DNA of 64,000 nucleotides from Patescibacteria group bacterium (GCA_041649715.1 JBAZMP010000001.1:515153-579152); one strand, 5' to 3'; positions 1 to 10,501 are shown, counted from the stretch's first letter. The notes: generated by a model not told the origin, from the letters alone. Made by a program: numbers and translations.

Positions 1-61
1 TCGAGAAAAGTTTACCGATGTATTTTTCCGAACCCTTAAAATCCACTATGGTTTTATTGTT

Positions 62-949
62 TTGCTTATTTTTGGCCTGGTTTATCTCATCTTTTTTTCA
101 GAAATTTTTCAGATTCACTTCATCGTGGTCAAGGGCGCAAACAAAGTTCCCGTTCAGACCATTGAAAACTATGTAAAAGAAGAGCTTTCTTTAAAACGGC
201 TGAATTTCCTTCCGCAGAGCAATTATTACTTTTTTGACGAAAAATCGGCCCGAGTCAAAGTCAGAGAAAAGATCGAAAAAACCATTGCCCTTGAGGAATA
301 TAACTTTAAAAAAGTATTTCCCCGCACGGTCACGGTTACCCTAAAAGAAGCAATACCTTCGCTAACCTGGTGGAATGGCACAAGTTACTATTACTTATCC
401 GCCACTGGCCTAGTCGCCCAAACCGTTCTGGAAAATGAGGTAAACAAAGAATATCCCCTGATTGAAGACTTAAATAAACTTTCGGTCAGTCCGCAAGATC
501 AGACCGTAAGCGCCGAATGGCTAGGCGCTATCTCTGAAATAAGGCAGAATCTGGCAAAAATTAATCTGCCCGTTGATCATTTTATCGTGCCGATAATCAC
601 CTGTTATAACCCCGATTTGCCCGAAGAAGAGGAGTCAGAAATAACCTTAAATTTAAATGCCAACACGAACCTAAATGCAAACAAGAACATTAACAGTAAT
701 AAAAACGAAAATCTCAACGAAAATACTAATACCAGTCTGCCCCCGTGCCAACTGAAAGAAGAACTAAATAAATTAAAACAAATTAATGTTTTGACCGCCG
801 AAGGGTATCAGATTTATTTGGCCGCGGATCAGGATATCGCGAAGCAGATAGAAAATCTGAATCTGGTGCTAGCAAGCAAGTTAAAGGGAAAAACCTCGAC
901 GCTAAAGTATATCGATTTAAGATTTGAAAACAGGATATATTACCAATGA
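62..949 (+). CDS. Cell division protein FtsQ/DivIB-like (POTRA domain); start may lie upstream
   Basis: N-terminal TM, POTRA-like segment, KKVFPRTVTVTLKE and C-terminal YIDLRFENRIYY motifs; Asn-rich low-complexity insert. Confidence 0.75.
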   Translation: MLIFGLVYLIFFSEIFQIHFIVVKGANKVPVQTIENYVKEELSLKRLNFLPQSNYYFFDEKSARVKVREKIEKTIALEEYNFKKVFPRTVTVTLKEAIPSLTWWNGTSYYYLSATGLVAQTVLENEVNKEYPLIEDLNKLSVSPQDQTVSAEWLGAISEIRQNLAKINLPVDHFIVPIITCYNPDLPEEEESEITLNLNANTNLNANKNINSNKNENLNENTNTSLPPCQLKEELNKLKQINVLTAEGYQIYLAADQDIAKQIENLNLVLASKLKGKTSTLKYIDLRFENRIYYQ

Positions 950-2223
950 ATTATTTTGTCTTAGGCTTATTTATTCTCACTTACGTTTTTCTTATTTGGG
1001 GCAAACTCCATAAGCTCTGGGTGGTTGGAGTCGCCGCCGGAATTTTGATTTTTACGCGGACCATAAGCTTGCCCGAAGCCTTTAGTTTTGTCAATTGGAA
1101 CGTAATGACCCTTTTTGTCGGCATGCTAGTTTTAGCCGATCTTTTCATTGATTCCCAAGTGCCGGCATATTTTGCCCAGAAACTTGCCTCAAAAGCTAAA
1201 ACGATCGTCTTCGCCATGCTTTTTATCTGCGTTTTAACGAGTTTAATCTCCGCCTTTGTGGAAAACGTGGCCACGGTTCTGATTATCGCGCCGATTGCCA
1301 TCTCCTTGGCGAAAAATTTAAAAATCAAGGCGGCGCCATTTTTAATCGCCATTGCCATTTGTTCCAACCTTCAAGGCACGGCCACCTTAGTTGGCGACCC
1401 GCCAAGCATGATTTTAGGCAGCTACGCAAAATTAAGCTTTAATGATTTTTTTTGGTTTCACGGGCATCCCGGAATATTTTTTGCCGTGCAGGCCGGAGCG
1501 CTAGCTTCATTTATAGTCTTGTATTTTATTTTCCGCCATTACAAAGCTTCTGTCGGTCAAATTGAAATTGTTAAAGTAAAAACCTGGCGGCCCACGATTC
1601 TCATTGTCCTTTTGATCCTGGCGTTGGCCACCTCTTCTGTCATTGCTCCCGACGCTCCTCTTTTAAGCGGCATGATCACGCTTGTTTTCGCGCTGATTGG
1701 ATTTTTAAGCCAGGTCGTCAGGGTGGGGCATCGGGCTATTTCTGACCTGATAAAACCCCTGGACTGGAGCACGACTTTGTTTTTGCTCTTTATTTTTATA
1801 ATTGTCGGAAGCCTAACGCCCGCCGGCGTAATTGACAAAATCACTTATTTAATGAAGTCAATCACGGGCGATAATATTTTTCTGACATATACCCTCATCA
1901 TGTGGGTTTCCGTGTTATTATCCGCTTTTATAGACAATGTCCCGTATATATTAATGATGTTGCCGGTCGCCGGCGGATTAGCGGTTTATCTTGGGGTCAG
2001 TCCATATCTCTTTTATTTTTCGCTCTTGATTGGCGCTTCTGTCGGTGGTAATATTACTCCAATCGGCGCTTCCGCTAATATTGTAAGCGTGGGTCTGGCC
2101 CAAAAAAAAGCCGGGGAAAAGATCAGCTTCAAGGAATTCGTGAAAATGGGATTGCCGTATACATTGGCTGCGGTTAGCGCGGCCTGGCTGGTCGGCTGGT
2201 TCTTTTGGCGGAATTTAGTATGA
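946..2223 (+). CDS. ArsB/NhaD/SLC13-family anion permease
   Basis: About 11 TM helices; SAFVENVAT, TLVGDPP, SAFIDNVP and GGNITPIGASAN repeats typical of the IT superfamily. Confidence 0.85.
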   Translation: MNYFVLGLFILTYVFLIWGKLHKLWVVGVAAGILIFTRTISLPEAFSFVNWNVMTLFVGMLVLADLFIDSQVPAYFAQKLASKAKTIVFAMLFICVLTSLISAFVENVATVLIIAPIAISLAKNLKIKAAPFLIAIAICSNLQGTATLVGDPPSMILGSYAKLSFNDFFWFHGHPGIFFAVQAGALASFIVLYFIFRHYKASVGQIEIVKVKTWRPTILIVLLILALATSSVIAPDAPLLSGMITLVFALIGFLSQVVRVGHRAISDLIKPLDWSTTLFLLFIFIIVGSLTPAGVIDKITYLMKSITGDNIFLTYTLIMWVSVLLSAFIDNVPYILMMLPVAGGLAVYLGVSPYLFYFSLLIGASVGGNITPIGASANIVSVGLAQKKAGEKISFKEFVKMGLPYTLAAVSAAWLVGWFFWRNLV

Positions 2224-2290
2224 CGAGATTCGTGATTTGCGACTCGATATTCGGAGTCCTAATCACCAATCCCGAATCTCGAATCACGAA
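2224..2290. repeat. Degenerate heptamer repeat tract forming an inverted-repeat hairpin
   Basis: cgagattcgtgatt...aatcccgaatctcgaatcacga; 7-nt periodicity with complementary arms. Confidence 0.6.
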
Positions 2291-2317
2291 AATATCTAAA
2301 TAATCAATAAAAACAAC

Positions 2318-2692
2318 ATGCAATATACCAAAAAAGTTCTAGATCATTTCCAGAATCCGCATAATCTCGGTCGTATAGAAAACGCGGATGGGGTAGGGGA
2401 GGTGGGCAATCCGGTTTGCGGCGACATTATGAAACTATATATCAAGGTTAAAGACGATAAAATTACCGATATAAAGTTTGAAACCCTTGGTTGCGGCGCG
2501 GCCATTGCCACTTCCTCCATGATCACCGACCTTGCCCGCGGCAAAACGATTAAAGAGGCAAAAAGAATTTCCCGGGAAGATATCGCCGATGAACTCGGAG
2601 GCCTTCCGCCGGTAAAGATGCACTGCTCAAATCTGGCGGCGGAGGCCTTGGCGAAAGCGATCAAAGACTACGAAAATAAGCAAGATAAATAA
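2318..2692 (+). CDS. iscU: Fe-S cluster scaffold IscU/NifU-N
   Basis: HFQNPHN, NPVCGD, GCGAAIA, LPPVKMHCS motifs. Confidence 0.93.
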   Translation: MQYTKKVLDHFQNPHNLGRIENADGVGEVGNPVCGDIMKLYIKVKDDKITDIKFETLGCGAAIATSSMITDLARGKTIKEAKRISREDIADELGGLPPVKMHCSNLAAEALAKAIKDYENKQDK

Positions 2693-2704
2693 TTATATTA
2701 ATTT

Positions 2705-3844
2705 ATGAAAAAACTCTTACTATCGGCGGTAAGTCTTATTATGGTCTTTGCTATGGCCGGTTGCGCCAAAAACGGAGTAACAGTCGATACGGGAAAAGAT
2801 GACAAAAATATAAACAAGGGGCAGGCGGTCAGTCAGATTGACCCGAATAATAAATTCGGCTGGCTGGGCGGCGATGAGAACAGTTTTCAGTATGTTTCCG
2901 GTCAGGGCGCTGGCTGGATCAGGCCGCACCCAGGCCCTTTTGTCTGGGATATGATGCAGATATCACAAACAGATGAAATTGATTTCACAAATATGGATAA
3001 AACAGTCTCTGACGCCCAAAAGTATGGCGTTAACTTGTTAATTACTATTTGGCCATTTGCCAATTGGGATCAGATAAAAAGAAGTAATGCCTCTTCTTGC
3101 CAGGTTTCTTCCGATGACGAATTTCTACCGCAAAATGATAAAAAGGGACGCGATTCATATTTACCGCTTTATCGCTGTAATCCCAATGATTGGAACGCGT
3201 ATAAAAGCTTTGTCACTCAAGTGGTGGAAAGATATGACGGAGACGGTGTGGATGATATAAAGGGGTTAACCTATCCGATCAGATACTGGGAAGTGATGAA
3301 CGAACCGGATCTAGAAGGAGGCATGGGCCTTGATTTTTATAAACAGGGATATACCGAATACGCCGAACTTCTTAAAAATACCTTTCAGGCGGTAAAAGAA
3401 GCAGACAGTACGGCCCAGGTTTTAATCGCCGGGGCGGCCGGAGCGGACAGCCGCTTTCTTAATTTTTACGAAAGCATGTTTAAAGCCGATGCGACTCTGG
3501 CTAATTATTTTGATATCGCCAATATTCACTGCATTTCCAACGACCGAAGCACTAATTCATTTAACGTCATCGCGTATAAGCAGATGCTTGACCGGCAGGG
3601 GATTTTAAAGCCGATTTGGGTGACCGAAGCGGAAATGATGACGGGTTCGACTCTGGATGAAAACGCGGAAACCACGAGTTTAAACGTAAAAAACGCCATA
3701 GCCGCCGGCGCCAGCAAGATATTTTTCACCCGCTACGATTTCGCCGACACCCGCACGGATATGAGTCAAAAATTCGAACCGTCAGAAAGTGAACAGTTAA
3801 GAAGCGACGAATTATACCGCGATATTATTAAAAGTAATAATTGA
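2705..3844 (+). CDS. Lipoprotein, clan GH-A glycoside hydrolase (GH5/GH39-like)
   Basis: Lipobox MAGC; WEVMNEPD acid/base and PIWVTEAE nucleophile motifs. Confidence 0.7.
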   Translation: MKKLLLSAVSLIMVFAMAGCAKNGVTVDTGKDDKNINKGQAVSQIDPNNKFGWLGGDENSFQYVSGQGAGWIRPHPGPFVWDMMQISQTDEIDFTNMDKTVSDAQKYGVNLLITIWPFANWDQIKRSNASSCQVSSDDEFLPQNDKKGRDSYLPLYRCNPNDWNAYKSFVTQVVERYDGDGVDDIKGLTYPIRYWEVMNEPDLEGGMGLDFYKQGYTEYAELLKNTFQAVKEADSTAQVLIAGAAGADSRFLNFYESMFKADATLANYFDIANIHCISNDRSTNSFNVIAYKQMLDRQGILKPIWVTEAEMMTGSTLDENAETTSLNVKNAIAAGASKIFFTRYDFADTRTDMSQKFEPSESEQLRSDELYRDIIKSNN

Positions 3845-4659
3845 TTAGTATGAGTAAAATTAGACCAAGCATAGGCCTGGCTTTAGGCAGCGGGGGATTC
3901 AGGGGTCTGGCGCATATTGGCGTCATAAAGGTTTTAGAGAAAAATAATATTCCTGTTGATTATATTGCCGGTTCCTCAATCGGGGCCTTAATTTCGACGC
4001 TTTATGCTTATTGCTTGGATATTTTGAAAATCGAAAAACTAGCTTTAAATACCTCTTGGCGTCGAGGATTATCTATATTTGATCTGGGACGACATGGCGG
4101 TCTTATCAAAGGCGCAAAAATCGAAAAATTGATTACTAATTGGCTTGAACATATTTGCCCGGGAAAACCATTGATTCCTTTAGCCATCGTGACGACGGAT
4201 TTAAATACCGGCCAGCCGGTTATTTTTAAGAAAGGTGATTTTGTCAAACCAATTCACGGCAGTATTGCTATTCCTTTGATTTTTGAACCCATAAATTATC
4301 AGGGTAAGCTTTTAGTTGATGGCGGTTTGGTTAATCCCGTGCCTGATGATATCGTAAAAAACATGGGCGCAGACAAGATCATTGCCGTTAATCTGGACCA
4401 AGGCGAATTTAAGCCCTTAATCGGCAAAAAAAATCCGACTTTTATTAATATCGGGTTAAGGTCTCTGGATATTATGGCTTGGTATTTGAATATAAACTCT
4501 ATCCATGACGCGGATGTCATTATCAACCCGTTAATTAAAGAAGAGGGGATAGTCGGTTTTGATAAGTTTTTGAATCGTAATATGGTCAAACGTTTGATTA
4601 AGATCGGCGAAACGGCGGCGGAAAAAGAATTGCCGAGGATAAAAAAATTAGTTAATTAA
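3841..4659 (+). CDS. Patatin-like phospholipase (RssA-like)
   Basis: GSGGFRG, GSSIG and DGG motifs. Confidence 0.9.
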   Translation: MISMSKIRPSIGLALGSGGFRGLAHIGVIKVLEKNNIPVDYIAGSSIGALISTLYAYCLDILKIEKLALNTSWRRGLSIFDLGRHGGLIKGAKIEKLITNWLEHICPGKPLIPLAIVTTDLNTGQPVIFKKGDFVKPIHGSIAIPLIFEPINYQGKLLVDGGLVNPVPDDIVKNMGADKIIAVNLDQGEFKPLIGKKNPTFINIGLRSLDIMAWYLNINSIHDADVIINPLIKEEGIVGFDKFLNRNMVKRLIKIGETAAEKELPRIKKLVN

Positions 4660-4727
4660 AAATTTTATCTGATATAAAAATCCCCTCCATTCGTAAGAGG
4701 GGATTTGTTGACATACTGACGCGGTTT

Positions 4728-5111
4728 TCAAGCCGCCTGACGGAGGTAGGTCCGGCGTTTACTTCGCAGCCAGATCAGCTGGTTGACAAGTGCCGCTCTA
4801 AGGACACGGGTAGTCTGACCGGAGAAGTTGACGCGGAATGCGAGGCGTCTCTTGCCATGATGAATGAGACGGATAGGATGGAAAGTGACGTTTTCATGAT
4901 CGTTCTTTTCGCCGATAATAATGAAGTTACAGGCCTTAAGGCCCATGATCTTGTGATCAACGTCTTCGGCGAGGAAATACGTCGTCGCTCCTGGCACCCG
5001 GCTGTCCCGATAAAGACTGATCGTCACGAGACCCTTTCGGTCAATCTGGCAGCACAAAGTGGTCGGATTCTCCAAGGTCTGGCAGAAAGTCGTGGCGACA
5101 AGTTTTGCCAA
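4728..5111 (-). CDS. Hypothetical protein (stand-alone promoter-ORF-terminator unit)
   Basis: AAGGAGG RBS before TTG; TTGACA-17-TAAATT upstream; hairpin terminator at 4675-4706. Confidence 0.6.
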   Translation of the reverse strand: MAKLVATTFCQTLENPTTLCCQIDRKGLVTISLYRDSRVPGATTYFLAEDVDHKIMGLKACNFIIIGEKNDHENVTFHPIRLIHHGKRRLAFRVNFSGQTTRVLRAALVNQLIWLRSKRRTYLRQAA

Positions 5112-5306
5112 GCTAGACCTCCTTGTTACGCGTTTTCTTAAACTCCTAACAAAGAACGGGATTACTTAGTGTTTAAGATAATTTACCCCGTTTGAAAAAA
5201 GTTGTCAAGAAAAAATAATGTAATTAAAATATTTTGCGACACATTAGATTTGACGTTAAACATAAGATATACTAAAGTGTCTATAAACCGTTTTACCTTA
5301 GGGAGG

Positions 5307-5612
5307 ATGACTATGTTGCGCTGGATCTTAGTAGTCTCGGTAATATCTATCCTGATCGGCAAATGGCTATGCAACCGGTCAGTCAGAAACTTCCAGTACA
5401 AGACAAGAACCGGACAGCAGGCACTGAACAGATATATACTTGATCTTAATTTCTGCGAAAGCGAAGGAGACACCAACCTGATGATTGAAAGTCAGGCGTC
5501 CTACTGGAAGCAGAGGAGAGCCGGCCTTTTCCTGCAGTACGCCGGCGCTTTCTTGCTTCTGATTACGCTCATCTCAATAGCTCTTTACGTAGTGGAGAAT
5601 CTGAAATATTAA
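5307..5612 (+). CDS. Hypothetical two-TM membrane protein
   Basis: GGAGG RBS; TTGACG-17-TAAAGT promoter at about 5250; terminator at 5633-5662. Confidence 0.6.
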   Translation: MTMLRWILVVSVISILIGKWLCNRSVRNFQYKTRTGQQALNRYILDLNFCESEGDTNLMIESQASYWKQRRAGLFLQYAGAFLLLITLISIALYVVENLKY

Positions 5613-5747
5613 ACATTGAAGAAAAGAATTTCAGGCTGTTCCCTCGAGGACAGCCTTTTTTCTTAGGGAAGAGGTGTTGACGGACCTAAATGGCCTAGGT
5701 ATAATGAATATGTTAACTGTGTATAATATCCCTTACACTCATATAAT

Positions 5748-6725
5748 ATGACTAAAATTAGCCAAGCCAAAGCAAAGAGTTCTTTTAGGTCTTCCCTACC
5801 TAATGTCGATGATTTCTTATTGAATCTACAGACAAATAATTATTCCAAAGAAACAGTTTACAATTACGAAAGAGATTTAAAAGTATTTGAAGAGTATCTT
5901 TCGGAGATGAGTCTCCCCTGGAAAAAGCTCAACCGGAGGGCTATTGAGCAATACAAGGCCTATTTGACCTCCATTGATCGAAAAACGGCCCAGAACGCCA
6001 AAATAGAGGCCAAATTGGGCTCATACAGCATTAATCGCATGCTTTCAAGCCTTAGATCCTACTTGAAGTACTTAATTGATAATGAATACGAAACCCCCAT
6101 TTCACCCGAGGTGGTGAAGCTGACTAAGACAGAGAAGAAACACCCGCGGGTGGCTGAGCTGGCCGATCTTATCCGCTTGATCGAATCCCCTGCTATTTTT
6201 GAAAAAAATAAAGAAGTGATCTTGCGCAACCGCGCCATGCTGGAAGTTTTATTTTCCACCGGTCTTAGAATTTCTGAACTGGTCAATCTCAACCGCGACC
6301 AGATTGACAATTCCGGCAAGATCTTTGTCATGGGCAAAGGGAAAAAAGAAAGATTCGTCTATCTGACCGAGCGGGCCAAAGAATATCTGAAAAACTACTT
6401 AAATACACGGAAAGATGATTCCCCTAGCCTATTCATCCCCTATCGCGGCTCGGCGGTCAAAACCACGCACCGGAGAATTTCCATAAATTATATTCAGGAG
6501 AGAATAAAAAGATACCGCGAGCTTTTAAAAATTAACGTGCCGACGTCAGCCCACAGTTTGCGTCACGGCTTTGCCACGTATTTAGCCGAATCCGGCGCCA
6601 ATCCGGCGGCGATTCAGATTCTTTTAGGTCATGAATCATTAGACACTACGACAAGATATGTACATGCTTCGGATAGATATGCGGAAGAAACGATGAAAAG
6701 GTTTCATCCGTTAAAAAATAAGTAA
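5748..6725 (+). CDS. Tyrosine recombinase, XerC/XerD family
   Basis: RNRAMLEVLFSTGLRISEL, KGKKER, HSLRHGFAT, LLGH and catalytic Tyr (TTRY); TTGACG-17-TATAAT promoter upstream. Confidence 0.92.
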   Translation: MTKISQAKAKSSFRSSLPNVDDFLLNLQTNNYSKETVYNYERDLKVFEEYLSEMSLPWKKLNRRAIEQYKAYLTSIDRKTAQNAKIEAKLGSYSINRMLSSLRSYLKYLIDNEYETPISPEVVKLTKTEKKHPRVAELADLIRLIESPAIFEKNKEVILRNRAMLEVLFSTGLRISELVNLNRDQIDNSGKIFVMGKGKKERFVYLTERAKEYLKNYLNTRKDDSPSLFIPYRGSAVKTTHRRISINYIQERIKRYRELLKINVPTSAHSLRHGFATYLAESGANPAAIQILLGHESLDTTTRYVHASDRYAEETMKRFHPLKNK

Positions 6726-6733
6726 CTAATAAT

Positions 6734-7522
6734 ATGATTTATTTTAGAGAAAGAAACAAGCTAAAAAAGGATTATTCAGGCTTTCAAGAAGTTTCAAATT
6801 CTTTGAGAAATAAACTAAAAACTATCTGTGAAAAGTATATAATTAAAGGTATTGGTTTGGGTAACGAGAATTATTATTTGGATTACGATACTATAGCGTA
6901 TGAATTAAAAATACATCTTGATAAGGGAGATATCCTTGATATCATCGATACTGAAACATACGAGAATATTTTTGAAGCTATTGAAATATTCTTAAAAACT
7001 GCCGAAGGACACGTAATTCAAAGTGTTTATGAAGAAATCCTACTTAATATTGCTAGAGCCTTCAAACTTTCAGGAAGTGTATATAAAGTAAATTATGATG
7101 GTGAAATTGAGTTAAAAATAGATGAAAGCCTAGCCAAAAGCCTAAAAGAAACGGAAGAAATTTTAGGTGGTAATAAAAATGCCTATGAAACATTTTTTGA
7201 TGCCACTGCAGATTTATTAAAAAGAAAAGGCAAACCAGAAGATATTGTAAAAAATATTTTTGTAGCTTTTGAAGATTACTTAAAAAATGAGACTCATACT
7301 AATGGTTTTGATAAAGCCATTTCATGGTTAGAAAGCAAAAATATTATTAATGGACGACAAAAATCTATACTTGAAAAAATTAAATCGTATAGGAGTGACG
7401 CATATAAGGTTACACATGCGGGTGAATCCAGCAAACCAAGTGAAATTGACACTCTATGGTATTTAGATACAGTTGTCGCTCAATTAAAATTTATTGATAG
7501 GAAATTAAAAAATACGGCCTAA
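6734..7522 (+). CDS. AbiJ-like protein (AbiJ-NTD4-like N-terminus, possible HEPN C-terminus)
   Basis: N-terminal FRER...SLRNKL pattern and C-terminal YRSDAYKVTHAG; markedly AT-rich. Confidence 0.5.
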   Translation: MIYFRERNKLKKDYSGFQEVSNSLRNKLKTICEKYIIKGIGLGNENYYLDYDTIAYELKIHLDKGDILDIIDTETYENIFEAIEIFLKTAEGHVIQSVYEEILLNIARAFKLSGSVYKVNYDGEIELKIDESLAKSLKETEEILGGNKNAYETFFDATADLLKRKGKPEDIVKNIFVAFEDYLKNETHTNGFDKAISWLESKNIINGRQKSILEKIKSYRSDAYKVTHAGESSKPSEIDTLWYLDTVVAQLKFIDRKLKNTA

Positions 7523-7612
7523 ATTAATAAAAATCAGGCCGAAAGGGTCTTATTTTTTAAATAAAAAAGCGGTTCGCCAAAGGCGAACCGCGTCTGTTGA
7601 TTGAGTGAATCC

Positions 7613-8494
7613 TCACTTATAGAGCGCCTTGATGGCTCCCCAAGAAGATTCTTTAACGGCGATTGGCGGCCCATCACCGTAAGCACAAACAGAACCAATT
7701 ATTGTGGCATAGAGCCATCCCCAGCTGTTGATTGCGACACCAGTTGGATTAGGGGCTGTCGTTAATGAATATTGCATAACCCCGCCGCTGCTATACTTTA
7801 CCACGCCACTGGCAGTGTTTGTTGCCACATACACGAAGCCTGCGGCATCAGTTTCAAGATTGTAACAGCCTGGAGTCGACCACGTACTTATGGGATTCCC
7901 AAGTGTATCAAAAACGTCGACGACATTGGCACCCCGCTTGCCGACATAGACTAGTTGGCCGTTTTTATCCACCGCGACCCCGATACCATAACCACTCACG
8001 CCATAAGACCAGTGACGAATCAATTCACCGTCAGGAGTGAAGATAAGTATTTGAGCTTGAGAGGGATCGCAGACGTAGATCTCGCCGTTAGGTGCTTGAT
8101 CGATGCCGTACGGCCCGCTGAAGTTCGTGAATACGGGTATCGCCCATGATAGAACATGGTCTCCGTTCTGGGTGAACTTGCGTACCATACCGTTGTTTAA
8201 GTCGCAGACATAGATGTAGCCATCCTTTCCCGCCACGATACCGGTAGGAGTACTGAATAGTCCCGCCCCCCAAGTAAGGAGAGGCTGACCTTGATAATTG
8301 AGTTTGGTAACCCCTGCACCTATTTCTGTGTAGTAGATATTCCCACTCATATCAGCGGTAATATCTAGCGTAGTGCCGTTATTGGGGTCACCGGCAGGAA
8401 CACAGAAAATTTGCGATGGCGGGTTTTCCGCACTGGCGACGCCAGCGAAAGAGAAAGCGACAAACGCAATAATGACAAAGAGCATTCCTTTCAT
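7613..8494 (-). CDS. Secreted NHL-repeat beta-propeller with C-terminal SSWGAIKALY motif
   Basis: Signal peptide MKGMLF...ASA; repeated PxGI/YVCD NHL blades; own promoter and terminator. Confidence 0.8.
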   Translation of the reverse strand: MKGMLFVIIAFVAFSFAGVASAENPPSQIFCVPAGDPNNGTTLDITADMSGNIYYTEIGAGVTKLNYQGQPLLTWGAGLFSTPTGIVAGKDGYIYVCDLNNGMVRKFTQNGDHVLSWAIPVFTNFSGPYGIDQAPNGEIYVCDPSQAQILIFTPDGELIRHWSYGVSGYGIGVAVDKNGQLVYVGKRGANVVDVFDTLGNPISTWSTPGCYNLETDAAGFVYVATNTASGVVKYSSGGVMQYSLTTAPNPTGVAINSWGWLYATIIGSVCAYGDGPPIAVKESSWGAIKALYK

Positions 8495-8767
8495 GACTTC
8501 TTCCTCCTTATTGTCATGAAAACCAAAAACACTTTTAACCATTTATATATCTATGTCTTATATTAAATTGCCTTATTTGTCAAGACAAAAATCAATCCTT
8601 AATCAAAAAGCAGGCCGAAAGGGCCTCTTTTGTTAAATCCGAAGCACTAAATCCAAAATCCTAAACTCTAAACCCTGGCATAAACAGGGTTGACAAAAAA
8701 ACAAAATACCGCTAAGGTTTTAGCGCCAAGGTTAATGTTTTCAAACACGAACCGGAGGTGGAAAGCC

Positions 8768-9235
8768 ATGCCAGAACGCTGGAATTTTCTGGTCCATGAT
8801 CCGATCAGATGGGCGAAATTCCGCTGCAACCTGGAAATTCCCAAATCGCTGCAAGAAGGCCGGGTCTACTGGGAATTCATCCCCTCAATCGGCGGCGGTA
8901 CGATCCTGAACCTTTTCAAGGTTCTGACCGTCAACGGGCATTTCGCCGAGATCCACATCATCTATCCCAGCTCGGTGGAGGAAAGGGATATCGTGCTCTT
9001 CTGCTGGAGCTGCGGGGAAGAATACATTCCCAGGAAACGCGAAGACATTTTCACCTGCCCCCTGTGCGGAATCAGCCAGGAGGATAAGGAGGCTAATGAC
9101 GAAGTAGCTGGGCAAAGCAGCGGCCCCCGCTGCCCCAAATGCGGCAGGACCATGTTTCCGGCGGATGAACACGGCCGTCAGGCCTGCCTTTGCGGAGGAA
9201 TGCGCGACATAGTCGCGGAGAACAGCGAACCGTAA
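8768..9235 (+). CDS. Hypothetical protein with zinc-ribbon-like CxxC motifs
   Basis: GGAGG RBS; CWSC, CPLC, CPKC, CLC; TTGACA-17-TAAGGT promoter at 8690. Confidence 0.65.
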   Translation: MPERWNFLVHDPIRWAKFRCNLEIPKSLQEGRVYWEFIPSIGGGTILNLFKVLTVNGHFAEIHIIYPSSVEERDIVLFCWSCGEEYIPRKREDIFTCPLCGISQEDKEANDEVAGQSSGPRCPKCGRTMFPADEHGRQACLCGGMRDIVAENSEP

Positions 9236-9446
9236 GGAGACAATATATCCTGAATCTAGCTCTTCGCCCGACGATCCTCGCCGGGCTTTTTCTTTACCAA
9301 AAAACAGGACGAAATGACCTGATTTTGTTTCAAATCCAAGACTAAAAGTATGTCTTGACATTTATCATTTATTATGCTAACATTTTTCATTAAGAAGTTT
9401 TCCGATGCAAGCGATTCCTTGGTCTTAAAACAGGAGGTTGAGAAGC

Positions 9447-9959
9447 ATGAAGTTTATCGGCAATATCCGGTTGTTCTTTGAGAACGAAGAGATCCCGCTC
9501 GTCGTGCTCGAGAAATTCCGCGCTGACTGGAGCAAACTCAGCCTTCAGCCCGGTATTTTCGGCAGTGAATGGTCCAATCGGAGAGTGGCCTTGAGCCTGC
9601 TGTGCCAAAAGCTTCCTTTCGATATCGTGGCTGACGATCTCGCCGGCCAGCTTATGCTTCAGATTGAGCTGTCCCGTTTCCCCTACTCGATCAATGACCG
9701 GAAGGGATTCGAAGCTTTCAGCCTGAGGCTGGTTCCGGTCAAGGGGCGAATCGCCTTGATTCAGAAGGATACGGAAAGTCATATCGCCATCGATACTTTC
9801 GTATTTTCAGAAGAGGCTCTCTTCAGTAACGTGGGCAACGGCTCGGTTTACGTGGTAATCTACCGTGGCCGGCAGCCCAGAAAGTTGCCCGCTCTCTGCC
9901 CGCCGGATGGCTACCAGCCGGCTGTCGTCTTTGACGCAACCAACCCAGCGGGATTTTGA
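9447..9959 (+). CDS. Hypothetical protein
   Basis: AGGAGG RBS, promoter at about 9355, terminator at about 9975-10014. Confidence 0.6.
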   Translation: MKFIGNIRLFFENEEIPLVVLEKFRADWSKLSLQPGIFGSEWSNRRVALSLLCQKLPFDIVADDLAGQLMLQIELSRFPYSINDRKGFEAFSLRLVPVKGRIALIQKDTESHIAIDTFVFSEEALFSNVGNGSVYVVIYRGRQPRKLPALCPPDGYQPAVVFDATNPAGF

Positions 9960-10195
9960 GATGTAAGTTAAGTAAGGTGCAACTCCATTCGGGAGCTCTG
10001 CACCTCTTTTTTTAAATCCAAAATTTTAAATCCTAAATTTTAAACAAATTCGAAACACTAAAATCTAAAACCCGTTAGAATACTATTTCTAAATGGAAAA
10101 ATATGATTATCCCCTGATCTAATTTTTTTGGTAATAAAAAAAGCGGGGCATTTAAGCTTGAAGCCCCGCCGATCAAAGGACTATCTTTTATGCGG

Positions 10196-10501
10196 CTAGA
10201 AACTCATGGCAAAGCCGTTTTCTCCGATTGCCCAGCAGTCGAAGCCGTCGCGGAAAGGCCCGATCACGATCTTGGCTTCCCCATTCGGCGTCATGAACTT
10301 GAACACTTTTTGCGCTTTCCGCCGCTTGCGAATACTGGCTTTTACCCTTTCCGGAGTCTTGGGATCACTCAGCAGATGATCCGCTATCGTGGATACTTTG
10401 AGGTTCGACACTTCCTCGAAGGTGACTTTGTCTGGATCCAAGCCGGCCATAGCGGCCGCATAGTGCTTGGCTTCTTCGACGCTTGAGAATTCCCTTGACA
10501 T
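10196..10501 (-). CDS. Hypothetical protein
   Basis: Start overlaps stop of the upstream ORF; terminator at 10137-10170. Confidence 0.6.
   Translation of the reverse strand: MSREFSSVEEAKHYAAAMAGLDPDKVTFEEVSNLKVSTIADHLLSDPKTPERVKASIRKRRKAQKVFKFMTPNGEAKIVIGPFRDGFDCWAIGENGFAMSF

Noticed and set aside
645-735. DNA repeat in ftsQ
   Set aside because: Simply an Asn-rich low-complexity protein linker
5691-5718. dif site upstream of the recombinase
   Set aside because: Only a partial XerD-arm resemblance (ATATGTTAACT); no XerC arm, and the segment is explained by a promoter
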